Shown piece by piece: positions 6,706 through 15,407 of a stretch of DNA of 32,000 nucleotides (position 1 is the stretch's first letter; each line of letters begins with the position of its first letter). This stretch comes from Methanococcus maripaludis. Its GTDB lineage: Archaea; AGJL01; Methanococci; Methanococcales; Methanococcaceae. The notes beneath the pieces are model-generated. The model had not been told where the DNA came from. It did no database searches and saw only the letters and a program-made list of their open reading frames with translations. Location: positions 810,001 to 842,000 of the forward strand of contig NZ_CP026606.1 in assembly GCF_002945325.1 (NCBI RefSeq), read 5' to 3'. Position numbers and translations under genes: made by a program.

Positions 6706-8463
6706 TTATTTAAGTTGAAAAGAATACATTTGATCGGTTATGATAATAACATCTGGTTCATCTTCCTTTTTTTTGTTCACGCGCATCTCATAAGTCTTTT
6801 TTTGGAATTCATCATATAATTTTAAGAATTTATCGTATTGTTCTGAAGTTAATTGTGTTTTTTTATGGGTTCCTGCAATATTCAAAAATTTGTTTTTTCT
6901 GATTTGATCTAACTCAAAATTTACTCCGTTATGCGGATTTGTTACGTCATTATCCCCTAATTTGTATAATTCAAGCAAATAATTTAAATTCTCTGAAAAA
7001 TTGTCTTTTTCCGAAAATAAATACTCCATTAAGAAATAAATTACACTGTTTTCAACTACCAAATGATCATTAAAATCGAAACCATCACTACCATAGAGTT
7101 CTTTAATTTTTTTAAATAACAAATAAGACGAAAAATTAAAAAAATCGTCAGTGTCGTGTATTTTATTTATAAATAAATCGTAGTTGCATTGGCTAAGTAC
7201 AAACAATACGTTAAGAAAATAATCCTTTCCGAGATCTGAATCAATAATCCCCTTTAATATCTCCTCTATTTCAACAGATAATGCTGATCCAAAAGTTGTT
7301 TCTAAAAATTTTGGAGATTTTAATGCATTTACTGCAATTAATATCATTTCTCGGTAAATGAATAGTAACCTACGTCTTTGAAATTCCTCAAAAATTTGTT
7401 TTTTGGATAAATATACTATAGTCCTATACTTATCAAGAAATTGTCTAACATCGATTCCGTCATTGATACTCCAGTTTATATCTCTTTTTTTGACAATATC
7501 ACTAATTAAGTGCATATTTTTAATTATATCACGAGTATAGTCTTCATTATGGTTGATATTTGGATTTTTTAAAAGGCCATAATAAAAAGTAGCAAAATAA
7601 CAAGGTAACTTTACATAAGTTTGTAAATCATTTGTTTTTGAGTATTCAACATATAATTTACTTTCAAAATCTTCAAATTTTTTATGAGTTTCTTCAAGTA
7701 AATATTTAAAAACCTCCTTATCTCGACTATCTGCAGTTTTTCTGAATAAAAGATCTAAATATTGTAGGGGATATTTTGAAAAATGGTTTTCATTTTTTCC
7801 AAAAAATCCCAATTTAATCTTTGAAAGATATTCTTTGGTATCTTCAAATTTAATTTCATCCAATACATTTTTTACAGTATTTTCGGGTTTCATAAACTTT
7901 ATAATTTCATCGATATAAAAAAATAAAGCAATAAAGTTAGAAACGAGCACCATTAATCCAAAGAATACTATAAAAGAACTTAATAAATTAGTTGAAGGTA
8001 GAAATGCCCCGATAATTGAACTAAACCCTAAAGATAAAATTATTAAAAATAAATAAGCTTTAAAAAAACTTTTATTCATAAATAGGTCTAAAATACGGGT
8101 TGAATAATTATTCGAAGTTGAATTTATTGTTGCAACTGAAAACGCGACAATAAATGCACCCAATATTGATATTCCCGAACTTGCTGTTTTAAAAAGATTT
8201 TCAATATTATTGCTTGAAATATCTGCAGATACAGGCAGATAAAAATAAATTAAAAATGAAATTAAGGAAGATAAACCTAAAATTTTTTTCAGTTTTGGGC
8301 ATTGTTCTTTAATATATTTGATATATGGCTTTATTTTGGGATCAATATTCTCTTTATTGCGCCAATATTTAACAATAAGAAACATTGCGATTAAAAAGAG
8401 CGAATATACTTTAAACATATCCATATAATTCACGAAAGAATTTATCAAACTTAAAAACCCCAT
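6706..8463 (-). CDS. multi-TM membrane protein with ~350-aa soluble C-terminal region, 585 aa, function unknown
   Basis: Hydrophobic segments at N-terminus (YSLFLIAMFLIVKYW, ILGLSSLISFLIYFYLPV, GISILGAFIVAFSVATI, AYLFLIILSLGFSSIIGAFL, SSFIVFFGLMVLVSNFIALFFYI), then a charged domain with no motif I can name. Confidence 0.75.
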   Translation of the reverse strand: MGFLSLINSFVNYMDMFKVYSLFLIAMFLIVKYWRNKENIDPKIKPYIKYIKEQCPKLKKILGLSSLISFLIYFYLPVSADISSNNIENLFKTASSGISILGAFIVAFSVATINSTSNNYSTRILDLFMNKSFFKAYLFLIILSLGFSSIIGAFLPSTNLLSSFIVFFGLMVLVSNFIALFFYIDEIIKFMKPENTVKNVLDEIKFEDTKEYLSKIKLGFFGKNENHFSKYPLQYLDLLFRKTADSRDKEVFKYLLEETHKKFEDFESKLYVEYSKTNDLQTYVKLPCYFATFYYGLLKNPNINHNEDYTRDIIKNMHLISDIVKKRDINWSINDGIDVRQFLDKYRTIVYLSKKQIFEEFQRRRLLFIYREMILIAVNALKSPKFLETTFGSALSVEIEEILKGIIDSDLGKDYFLNVLFVLSQCNYDLFINKIHDTDDFFNFSSYLLFKKIKELYGSDGFDFNDHLVVENSVIYFLMEYLFSEKDNFSENLNYLLELYKLGDNDVTNPHNGVNFELDQIRKNKFLNIAGTHKKTQLTSEQYDKFLKLYDEFQKKTYEMRVNKKKEDEPDVIIITDQMYSFQLK

Positions 8464-8469
8464 TCACAT

Positions 8470-8530
8470 TTAAAATATAATTACATTAAAATAGCCCCAA
8501 CTTAAATATTAAATTTATGATTTTGATTAA
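8470..8530 (-). promoter_or_regulatory. shared upstream element, copy A (upstream of 585-aa membrane gene)
   Basis: TTAAAATATAATTACATTAAAATAGCCCCAACTTAAATATTAAATTTATGATTTTGATTAA (plus-strand reading). Confidence 0.65.
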
Positions 8531-8546
8531 ATAGTGGGGTGGGAAT

Positions 8547-9491
8547 TTGCCTAGCTTTTCACAACGAAACGGCTACAAAGAGCTGAATGAAGACTTATTT
8601 TATGAATGTATGCCTGAAAGTCTTAAAACCAGAATTTGGAATTTTATTCATGAAAATTTTTTAAAATACCAGACTTCGGATTTTTTAAAAGTAGTATGTG
8701 ATGAATTTCTAAAATACGATCTTACTGATGAATGGTATATGGATAATCCGATTACAAATGTCATTAAACCAAAATACCGAAGTTTAAAATGGTTTGAAGT
8801 TTATGACCTTGTTGAATTCTGTTTTGATAATATAAAATATCTCGAAAAAGATAAAAAATTAACATATCACATCCATGAATCCTCAATATGGACACAAAAT
8901 GAAAAATGGGCTTATTATCTAAATAAAGGATTTGTTCAAAAACAAGACTCCAGGGGACTTGCTTATTTAGAATATCCGTTTGAAAAATATCTCAAAGAAA
9001 GATTAAAACGATATTCAGTTCTTTTTAATACATTAATGGAAAAAGAAAGAGCTTCCTATCGACTTATCGAAAATAACATAGTTCCGATAACAAATACGGA
9101 AGAAATAAACGAAATTAAAACTGCTTTAAACCCTCCTGAAAAATATAAATTTGTCGGAGACCACCTAAAAAAGGCTTTAGAACTTTATTCGAACAAAGAA
9201 AAGCCAGATTATGAAAATTCAATAAAAGAATCCATTAGTGCTCTTGAATCCCTAGCTAAAATTAGATTAAATAATGAAAAAGGAACTTTGGGTAGGTTAC
9301 TTCCACAATTGGGATTGCATGAAGACTTCGAACTTGGAATTAAAAAACTTTACAGCTGGACTTCTGATGATAAAGGTGGAATTAGACATGGTAAAAAAGG
9401 AGATACTGGAAGTTATGAAGCTGAAGCCCGATATATGCTTGTTACGTGTTCAACACTGTCAAATTATTTAATTTCGAAGCTTGAAAAATAA
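8547..9491 (+). CDS. AbiJ-NTD/HEPN-like abortive infection type protein
   Basis: 314 aa from TTG; N-term MPSFSQRNGYKELNEDLFYECMPESLKTRIWNFIHE (AbiJ N-terminal domain pattern FSxRxG...LRxRLWN) and C-term DYENSIKESISALESLAKI...DDKGGIRHGKKGDT (RHG HEPN-type ending). Confidence 0.65.
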   Translation: MPSFSQRNGYKELNEDLFYECMPESLKTRIWNFIHENFLKYQTSDFLKVVCDEFLKYDLTDEWYMDNPITNVIKPKYRSLKWFEVYDLVEFCFDNIKYLEKDKKLTYHIHESSIWTQNEKWAYYLNKGFVQKQDSRGLAYLEYPFEKYLKERLKRYSVLFNTLMEKERASYRLIENNIVPITNTEEINEIKTALNPPEKYKFVGDHLKKALELYSNKEKPDYENSIKESISALESLAKIRLNNEKGTLGRLLPQLGLHEDFELGIKKLYSWTSDDKGGIRHGKKGDTGSYEAEARYMLVTCSTLSNYLISKLEK

Positions 9492-9494
9492 ATT

Positions 9495-10175
9495 TTAAAC
9501 TATTATTTCTTTTTTATAATAATTATGATAACAAAAAAATGCAGAAACCGCAATTCCGGAAAAGTGAACCATTCCTCCTCCACAATTTGATACTGAAAAA
9601 TCGATCAGAAAAGTTAGAACTGAAAAAAACAATGCAAACATAAAGCTTGACCAAAATCCATTACTTTTTGAAAACTTAGTCTTATTAAATACAAAATTAC
9701 CCATAAAATAATAAGAAATATACATAAATCCATAAACAACTCCTGAAATACCTATTCCGGAATAATTTATCGGTTTTTCATTAATAATCCAGTATGCAGT
9801 GAATGAGATTAATGGAATCAGCCATATGGACATTAATAAAAATAAATATGTTTTAAGATTTAGTTTATATTCTACAATATATCCAAAAATAATCAAATAC
9901 AGCATGTTATATTTTAAATGATCCATATCACGGTGTAAAAAGATTGATGTTATGATTTGCCAGGGTTTTTGAAATAATTCTGAAGGAAAAAAGGCATAAT
10001 TTCTGTAAAACTCGGAATTTTTAATCCACAGGTCTGCACTGTTGTAGTACTGAAGTTCGGGATTTATTTTGATAAAAAATACTGCCATGCAAATAAAAAA
10101 TAATAACATGGTAAAATAAGGGATTTTTAAAAAAAATTTATATTTTTCAAATATGTGCATGGAAAGAACCCCCAT
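9495..10175 (-). CDS. rhomboid family intramembrane serine protease
   Basis: 226 aa; HRDMDHLKYNMLYL (HxxxxHxxxNM), GIGISGVVYG (GxSG), GGMVHFSGIAVSAF (catalytic H), multiple TM segments. Confidence 0.8.
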   Translation of the reverse strand: MGVLSMHIFEKYKFFLKIPYFTMLLFFICMAVFFIKINPELQYYNSADLWIKNSEFYRNYAFFPSELFQKPWQIITSIFLHRDMDHLKYNMLYLIIFGYIVEYKLNLKTYLFLLMSIWLIPLISFTAYWIINEKPINYSGIGISGVVYGFMYISYYFMGNFVFNKTKFSKSNGFWSSFMFALFFSVLTFLIDFSVSNCGGGMVHFSGIAVSAFFCYHNYYKKEIIV

Positions 10176-11320
10176 TAAATAAATTGAAGATCTTCAAATT
10201 CTTCTTTTATTTTTTCAGCATATTGCTCTATTTCAGTAAATTCCAATGATAAACTTCCCAATATTGCTTTTTCTTCGTCATAATACCTACCTGCATGTAT
10301 AATTGTCATAAAATATTCTTCAGAATAATCTTCTCCATTAATGTCTTCGTATTTTATGGTTAATTTATACCACGGGTCATTTATTGGATAACTTATGGCC
10401 GATTCTGTGATAATTACTCCCTCATATATCCTTAAAATTTCGTCAGGTAGTGGAATTATTAGATATTTTTTATCATAGGGTGGCAAAACCTCATAATTAC
10501 GCCTAATTTTGGTTTGAACTGATGAACTACTTAAATATCCATTAATATCCGATTCTACCCGTAAATAACCAGAATTATTATCTCCTGGGGTATATTCTAC
10601 GTTTAAATCATTTTTAACTTTAATGCGGTCTGTAGCAGTGTTATAATTTACATCAAATATTAATTTAATATTTTTTGAAAATCCCGTCCCCAGATTATAA
10701 ATTTCGAAATAAGGAATCCGTATATTTCCGCAGATTAAATTATCAGAACTCAGACTAAGTTTATTTTCTCGTTTTTTCCACGTTAACTCATATTTCTTAT
10801 CAGTATTGCCCGGCACACACCTTATTTCAAAATAATTATTTAATGGGGCTAATTTTGGGCGTTGTTGTAATTTTCTCTGTCGTTCCATTTCTTTTCTCTG
10901 ATTAATTGTTTCATAAACCAGATACGCAGTTAGTGTAACCACCCCAATTCCAGAAAACCAGTCAGCAATACTCCCCCAGTACCCCAAATTTAAAAATTGA
11001 GATCCGAAAACGGCCCAAATGAACAATAATGCTCCGGAAGACATTATTAATTGTCCAGCTTCCTTTTGGAAATTTTTTAAGTATTCATTTTGAAACATAA
11101 AATAAATAACAATCCCAAGCATTAACCAAAGTAAATAAAATACCTTTGTGAAGCCATCCAATCCATTCATCCAGGGCATTGATTCAAAGTATGCAAACAA
11201 TACACATATAATAAAAATTAAGAAAAATACGATTAAAACGTAAATTCCGAAAATATCTATTTTTTTGAGTTTTTCGTATAATGACTTAAGTTTAAATTTT
11301 AAATTAGATTTTTTGTCCAA
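10175..11320 (-). CDS. multi-TM membrane protein with soluble C-terminal domain, 381 aa, function unknown
   Basis: N-terminal TMs (IFGIYVLIVFFLIFIICVLFAYF, VFYLLWLMLGIVIYFMF, LIMSSGALLFIWAVFG, WFSGIGVVTLTAYLVYE), beta-rich C-terminal region; stop/start overlap (TAATG) with the rhomboid gene. Confidence 0.75.
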   Translation of the reverse strand: MDKKSNLKFKLKSLYEKLKKIDIFGIYVLIVFFLIFIICVLFAYFESMPWMNGLDGFTKVFYLLWLMLGIVIYFMFQNEYLKNFQKEAGQLIMSSGALLFIWAVFGSQFLNLGYWGSIADWFSGIGVVTLTAYLVYETINQRKEMERQRKLQQRPKLAPLNNYFEIRCVPGNTDKKYELTWKKRENKLSLSSDNLICGNIRIPYFEIYNLGTGFSKNIKLIFDVNYNTATDRIKVKNDLNVEYTPGDNNSGYLRVESDINGYLSSSSVQTKIRRNYEVLPPYDKKYLIIPLPDEILRIYEGVIITESAISYPINDPWYKLTIKYEDINGEDYSEEYFMTIIHAGRYYDEEKAILGSLSLEFTEIEQYAEKIKEEFEDLQFI

Positions 11321-11335
11321 TAATATCCCGTCCCC

Positions 11336-11398
11336 TTTAAAATATAATTACATTAAAATAGACTCAACATAAATATTAAAGTTATTATTCAAAAAATT
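11336..11398 (-). promoter_or_regulatory. shared upstream element, copy B (upstream of 381-aa/rhomboid operon)
   Basis: TTTAAAATATAATTACATTAAAATAGACTCAACATAAATATTAAAGTTATTATTCAAAA. Confidence 0.65.
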
Positions 11399-11437
11399 TA
11401 AAAAAGATAGTAAATACTGATAAATTAAAAATTAACT

Positions 11438-13261
11438 TTATATGTCTAATTTATTGTGTAATTCCTGAATAAAGTTATTATAAACTTCGTATTTTTCCAA
11501 TATTTTCTTTTTGTCATTAATTTCTTTTAGATCTTCAATAACTAGTTCATTTATTTTTTTCTTGTATTCATTAAAATCGTCTGTTGAACCGGATTTCTTC
11601 TCTGTTTTAAACCGTTTTGCATATTCTAAAACTGGCATATCTACAGGTGTTTTAAACCCATCACCCCATATCTCGGATCCGGCATTATCTAAAATATCGG
11701 TTGGAAATAAATCTTCAGTAGTTGCAACATTCTTTTTTAATTTAACTAAATCCAAAATTTCAAAAATATTGTCCATAAATTCGGGATTTTGTTCCTTAAC
11801 ATCTTCAATAACCCGTCTTCCGGCAGTATCTGAATCTAACACTACAAAACCTGGAACTATATCTGTATTAAAAAATTTAACCCATTTTAATACTTCAGGA
11901 GTCCCTCCTGCATCAGTACATCTAACCTCGTTAATAATTTTTTGGTCAAATACCTGTTTTACAAAGGTTTCATAGAGTTTTCTGTCATTGGGGCCCTCAA
12001 ATACAAGGATATTATTGCCCAATATATTTTTTAAAGAAGTTCCTAAGGCTCGGTATATTACTTCTTCTTTTATTGGGAAATTCACGTCGATTTCTTCAAT
12101 AATTGTATTTCCATTTTTTTTAGATACAATAAGGTGATTTTTTAAATCTTTTTTAACCATAAATATGGAATGGGTTGATAAAAATACCACGTTATTTTTG
12201 GAAATATTCAAAAGTTCGTCTCTTAAGTATTCGACGCCACTAGGGTGCAAATGTACTTCCGGTTCATCAATTATTATTACGTTATTTTTCAATGATTCAA
12301 TTTTATTTTGTACTGAAAGATTCAGTAAAATCGACATAAACTGCTTAAAACCATCACTTCTTTCAGTCATTTCCATTTTTCTATATGGTGTGTCTTCATC
12401 ATATGTCAAAACAGTACAGGTCGTACTTTCCAATCTAACTTTTATTTTGATTTTATGTTCAGGCCATAATTGTTGTATGTGTGCCGTAGCTACATCTGAT
12501 AATTTGGATTCATAATTATCCCGAGCACTTTCCTTATTCATTATTTGATCCAATATGGAATTCATATTTTTTTCGTAGCCTGCTAAATAAAAGATATTTT
12601 TCAAAGGTACAGATATATTCGGGTTTTGTTTAAAATTAACCAAATTTATTGGTTGGCCTATCAAATATTTTTCAGAAGATTCCCAAAATATAAATTTAGG
12701 TATTGCTTTTTTTAAATCTTCTAAAACGGCATTTTGAACCAGTTGACTTATTTTTTCTTTTGATATGGATATATAATTTGGAGAATTTTCTGCGGGAACA
12801 TCATTTTTGTTTATTATGTGATTATTACTAGTTGGATTAATCCTATAATCCGATAAATCAGGATACGTAGTCAATAAATTATATGTTACAGCCGTTTCAG
12901 AATTATCCGGCTTTTTTACCAATATTACATTTACCCCAGATATTGAAATAGCACTTGCTAAATTTTTTGGAATAATAGAACTAATTTTAGTTAAAATATT
13001 GATACGATCATCGGAATTAAGCCAAAACTTATAGGTAAACATTATATTTTCATTGTTTTCCTGTGCTTCCATGTTACAATCTTTTACATAATTCAAAGTC
13101 TTTGGTTTATCAAAAACTGAAATCGATTTAAGAATATTACTTTTTCCTGAACCATTTACTCCAAAAAACATTGTATATTTATTATCCGATGTAGGAATTC
13201 TAATTATTTGATCTTTTATGCTTCTAAAATTCTTAATATGTATTTCTTTCAATTCTAACAA
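11438..13261 (-). CDS. OLD-family ATPase/TOPRIM nuclease
   Basis: 607 aa from TTG; IKNFRSIKDQ, FFGVNGSGKSNIL (Walker A), NVIIIDEPEVHLHP (Walker B), FLSTHSIFMV, NNILVFEGPNDRKLYETF and VVLDSDTAGRR (TOPRIM acidic motifs). Confidence 0.85.
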   Translation of the reverse strand: MLELKEIHIKNFRSIKDQIIRIPTSDNKYTMFFGVNGSGKSNILKSISVFDKPKTLNYVKDCNMEAQENNENIMFTYKFWLNSDDRINILTKISSIIPKNLASAISISGVNVILVKKPDNSETAVTYNLLTTYPDLSDYRINPTSNNHIINKNDVPAENSPNYISISKEKISQLVQNAVLEDLKKAIPKFIFWESSEKYLIGQPINLVNFKQNPNISVPLKNIFYLAGYEKNMNSILDQIMNKESARDNYESKLSDVATAHIQQLWPEHKIKIKVRLESTTCTVLTYDEDTPYRKMEMTERSDGFKQFMSILLNLSVQNKIESLKNNVIIIDEPEVHLHPSGVEYLRDELLNISKNNVVFLSTHSIFMVKKDLKNHLIVSKKNGNTIIEEIDVNFPIKEEVIYRALGTSLKNILGNNILVFEGPNDRKLYETFVKQVFDQKIINEVRCTDAGGTPEVLKWVKFFNTDIVPGFVVLDSDTAGRRVIEDVKEQNPEFMDNIFEILDLVKLKKNVATTEDLFPTDILDNAGSEIWGDGFKTPVDMPVLEYAKRFKTEKKSGSTDDFNEYKKKINELVIEDLKEINDKKKILEKYEVYNNFIQELHNKLDI

Positions 13262-13283
13262 TGTTTCGCCCCCAATTAAAATC

Positions 13284-13346
13284 TTAAAATATAATTACAT
13301 TAAAATAGACCCAACATAAATATTAAATTTATGATTTTGAATTAAA
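13284..13346 (-). promoter_or_regulatory. shared upstream element, copy C (upstream of OLD nuclease)
   Basis: TTAAAATATAATTACATTAAAATAGACCCAACATAAATATTAAATTTATGATTTTGAATTAA. Confidence 0.65.
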
Positions 13347-13366
13347 CCAAATTAAAAAAAGAATAG

Positions 13367-13744
13367 TTAAAACATTTTATTTTTAATAACATAGTAAAAA
13401 TCAAGCTCATTTACATAATAAACATGATTTCCTCTTTTAATTTCAAATAAAACTAAACTTTCAGGAATTTTACGAGCTTCTAAAATCTGAAGAATTTTAT
13501 AACTATCATCAGCTAAATCAAAACTTCCAGGAACTATTTCCTGAGCTGATACTTTCAAACACTTTTTAATTAAAATCCCGTCAAAACCGGATGATACGTC
13601 AAAGCTTAAATTGGAGTGAATTTTTCCAGATTCAAAAACCCCTAAATCTTCAAAATGTGAAACCGAGTCTATCGCAGAAATTAACTGACTTCTCAAAATA
13701 TCGTTTAAACTTATGTGTCTCTCTTGATCCAACATGAACCTCAC
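13367..13744 (-). CDS. hypothetical protein, 125 aa
   Basis: ORF track; no motif recognised. Confidence 0.5.
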   Translation of the reverse strand: MRFMLDQERHISLNDILRSQLISAIDSVSHFEDLGVFESGKIHSNLSFDVSSGFDGILIKKCLKVSAQEIVPGSFDLADDSYKILQILEARKIPESLVLFEIKRGNHVYYVNELDFYYVIKNKMF

Positions 13745-13818
13745 CAGATAAATATTTTATACGATAAGTATCTGGTAAAATAATATATAAAAATTGCGGA
13801 TAAATGGAAAAAAAGAAT

Positions 13819-14232
13819 TTATTGGTCTTTTGGAAAGAGCTTGACTGTTACATATTGGACCGTTTTTTCTTCATCTGGAATTTCAAACTCGCTTATCGAA
13901 AATATTGCTGGAACCCCTGAAGCGACCCGAAAGTCTTCGTGCAGTCCCCCTTCGTCAAATAATCCTAATTTATCAACGACTGCTTTTCCTGCGTGAAAGT
14001 ATTTTCCAGGAGCTTCTTTTAATGTTAAAACCGCGTAGTAGTTTGGTTTTCCGTGCTTGTCTTTATAATATCTCGATTCAAGGATTTCATAATCAATAAT
14101 ATGAACCTTTTTTTCAATATATTCTCCCCATTCTGACTTTTCCCTATCAATCATGATTTCAGGAATCCCTAATGCTGTGTAGTAGAATTTTTCAAGGTTT
14201 TCTTTGGCTTTTGACTCGCGTTCATTCATCAT
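13819..14232 (-). CDS. hypothetical protein, 137 aa
   Basis: ORF track; no motif recognised. Confidence 0.6.
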   Translation of the reverse strand: MMNERESKAKENLEKFYYTALGIPEIMIDREKSEWGEYIEKKVHIIDYEILESRYYKDKHGKPNYYAVLTLKEAPGKYFHAGKAVVDKLGLFDEGGLHEDFRVASGVPAIFSISEFEIPDEEKTVQYVTVKLFPKDQ

Positions 14233-14355
14233 CTCACAAATAAATTAAGTTGTTTATTTTAGTCTTTAAGTATTTAGTACATACTAAGATATTTATAGCA
14301 TACGGTAACAAATAAATTAATAGTACGACAAATAACATTAACGGGCGATCAAAAC

Positions 14356-14550
14356 ATGGTTAAAAAAAATCTTCAAAATTACGGTAAATCAAAATCCGTT
14401 GTATTTGGAATCTCTGAAAGAGATCATCTCGAATTAATTGGAAATAATCCTGAAGAAATCGAGTTAAAATATGATAAAATTGACGGTGTTCCATGTATTG
14501 TGATTTATAACGCTGAAACTTACAGAAAAATGATTGAAAATAAGAAATAA
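14356..14550 (+). CDS. small hypothetical protein, 64 aa
   Basis: ORF track; GGGCGAT upstream of ATG. Confidence 0.5.
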   Translation: MVKKNLQNYGKSKSVVFGISERDHLELIGNNPEEIELKYDKIDGVPCIVIYNAETYRKMIENKK

Positions 14551-14585
14551 TTCTTTTTTAAACTGTTTGATTTAATTTACACTTT

Positions 14586-14720
14586 TTATCTAAACTGTCT
14601 TTTAGAATTTCTTTCGTGTTCTAAATTGATTAATTTTGATTTATCTACGTTTTTAGAATCTGATCTAACGTTAAAAAACCATTTAAACCATTTTAGTATA
14701 AAATTATCTTTTAAATCCAA
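14586..14720 (-). CDS. candidate 44-aa microprotein (TTG start)
   Basis: (M)DLKDNFILKWFKWFFNVRSDSKNVDKSKLINLEHERNSKRQFR*, with a GAGGGGGAT ribosome-binding-like tract upstream; shorter than the ORF track cutoff. Confidence 0.3.
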   Translation of the reverse strand: MDLKDNFILKWFKWFFNVRSDSKNVDKSKLINLEHERNSKRQFR

Positions 14721-15119
14721 GAAAATCCCCCTCGAAATTATTGAAAATTATGATATTACGTTGTAATTCATGATTTAAAAACCATAGTAAGTTGTTTAAA
14801 AAACACCTATTTTTTGGACTTTATTATGGACCATAAAAAAATTATATTTTTAAGCATATATTGGGACAAAAACTCAGTTTAAAAATCAAAGTACAATTAT
14901 GATTATTTTTTGGTTTTTTGGACTGATTTTTAAAGGGTTTTTTATGAAACACACCTGTTTTTCTAACTTTTTTAAAATCTTGAAAAAATTGTAATTTTAA
15001 TAGAATTTTCGGTTATAAAACCCGTTATAAAATCAAAGTAAGAATATTTTTAAATTTTATGGTTTTTCTAACTTCAAAAGGGACCTATTTTTTCAGGATC
15101 TTAAACCAGGAAATTAAAC

Positions 15120-15407
15120 TTATTCAAAACTTTCCAAAATCAAATTTATTAGATATATCTTGTCATGATGATCGAAATCAATAATTATTATAGTATTTCC
15201 GTCTATTTTATAAGTTAAAACAAATGATTTATCGATATGGACTCTTCGAATTCCTTTCATATCGTTTCTAAGTGGTTTATAATGGTTAGGGTTTTCCATT
15301 ATTTCTTTAATCTTTTTATTTATGATTTCAAGCTGTTTTTTATTTTTCTTCTGAAGTTTTTTAAATGCCTTATAAGCGTCTTCTGAAATCTCAATATTAT
15401 AAGTCAT
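15120..15407 (-). CDS. RelE/ParE-superfamily toxin
   Basis: 95 aa; MTYNIEISEDAYKAFKKLQKKNKKQLEIINKKIKEIMENPNHYKPLRNDMKGIRRVHIDKSFVLTYKIDGNTIIIIDFDHHDKIY. Confidence 0.8.
   Translation of the reverse strand: MTYNIEISEDAYKAFKKLQKKNKKQLEIINKKIKEIMENPNHYKPLRNDMKGIRRVHIDKSFVLTYKIDGNTIIIIDFDHHDKIYLINLILESFE

Noticed and set aside
11511-12515. 154-aa and 116-aa plus-strand ORFs
   Set aside because: Antisense shadows of the OLD nuclease gene, low-complexity Ser/Phe-rich.
11438-13261. Gabija system (GajA/GajB)
   Set aside because: The ATPase/TOPRIM protein fits GajA/OLD broadly, but no UvrD-like helicase gene is adjacent.
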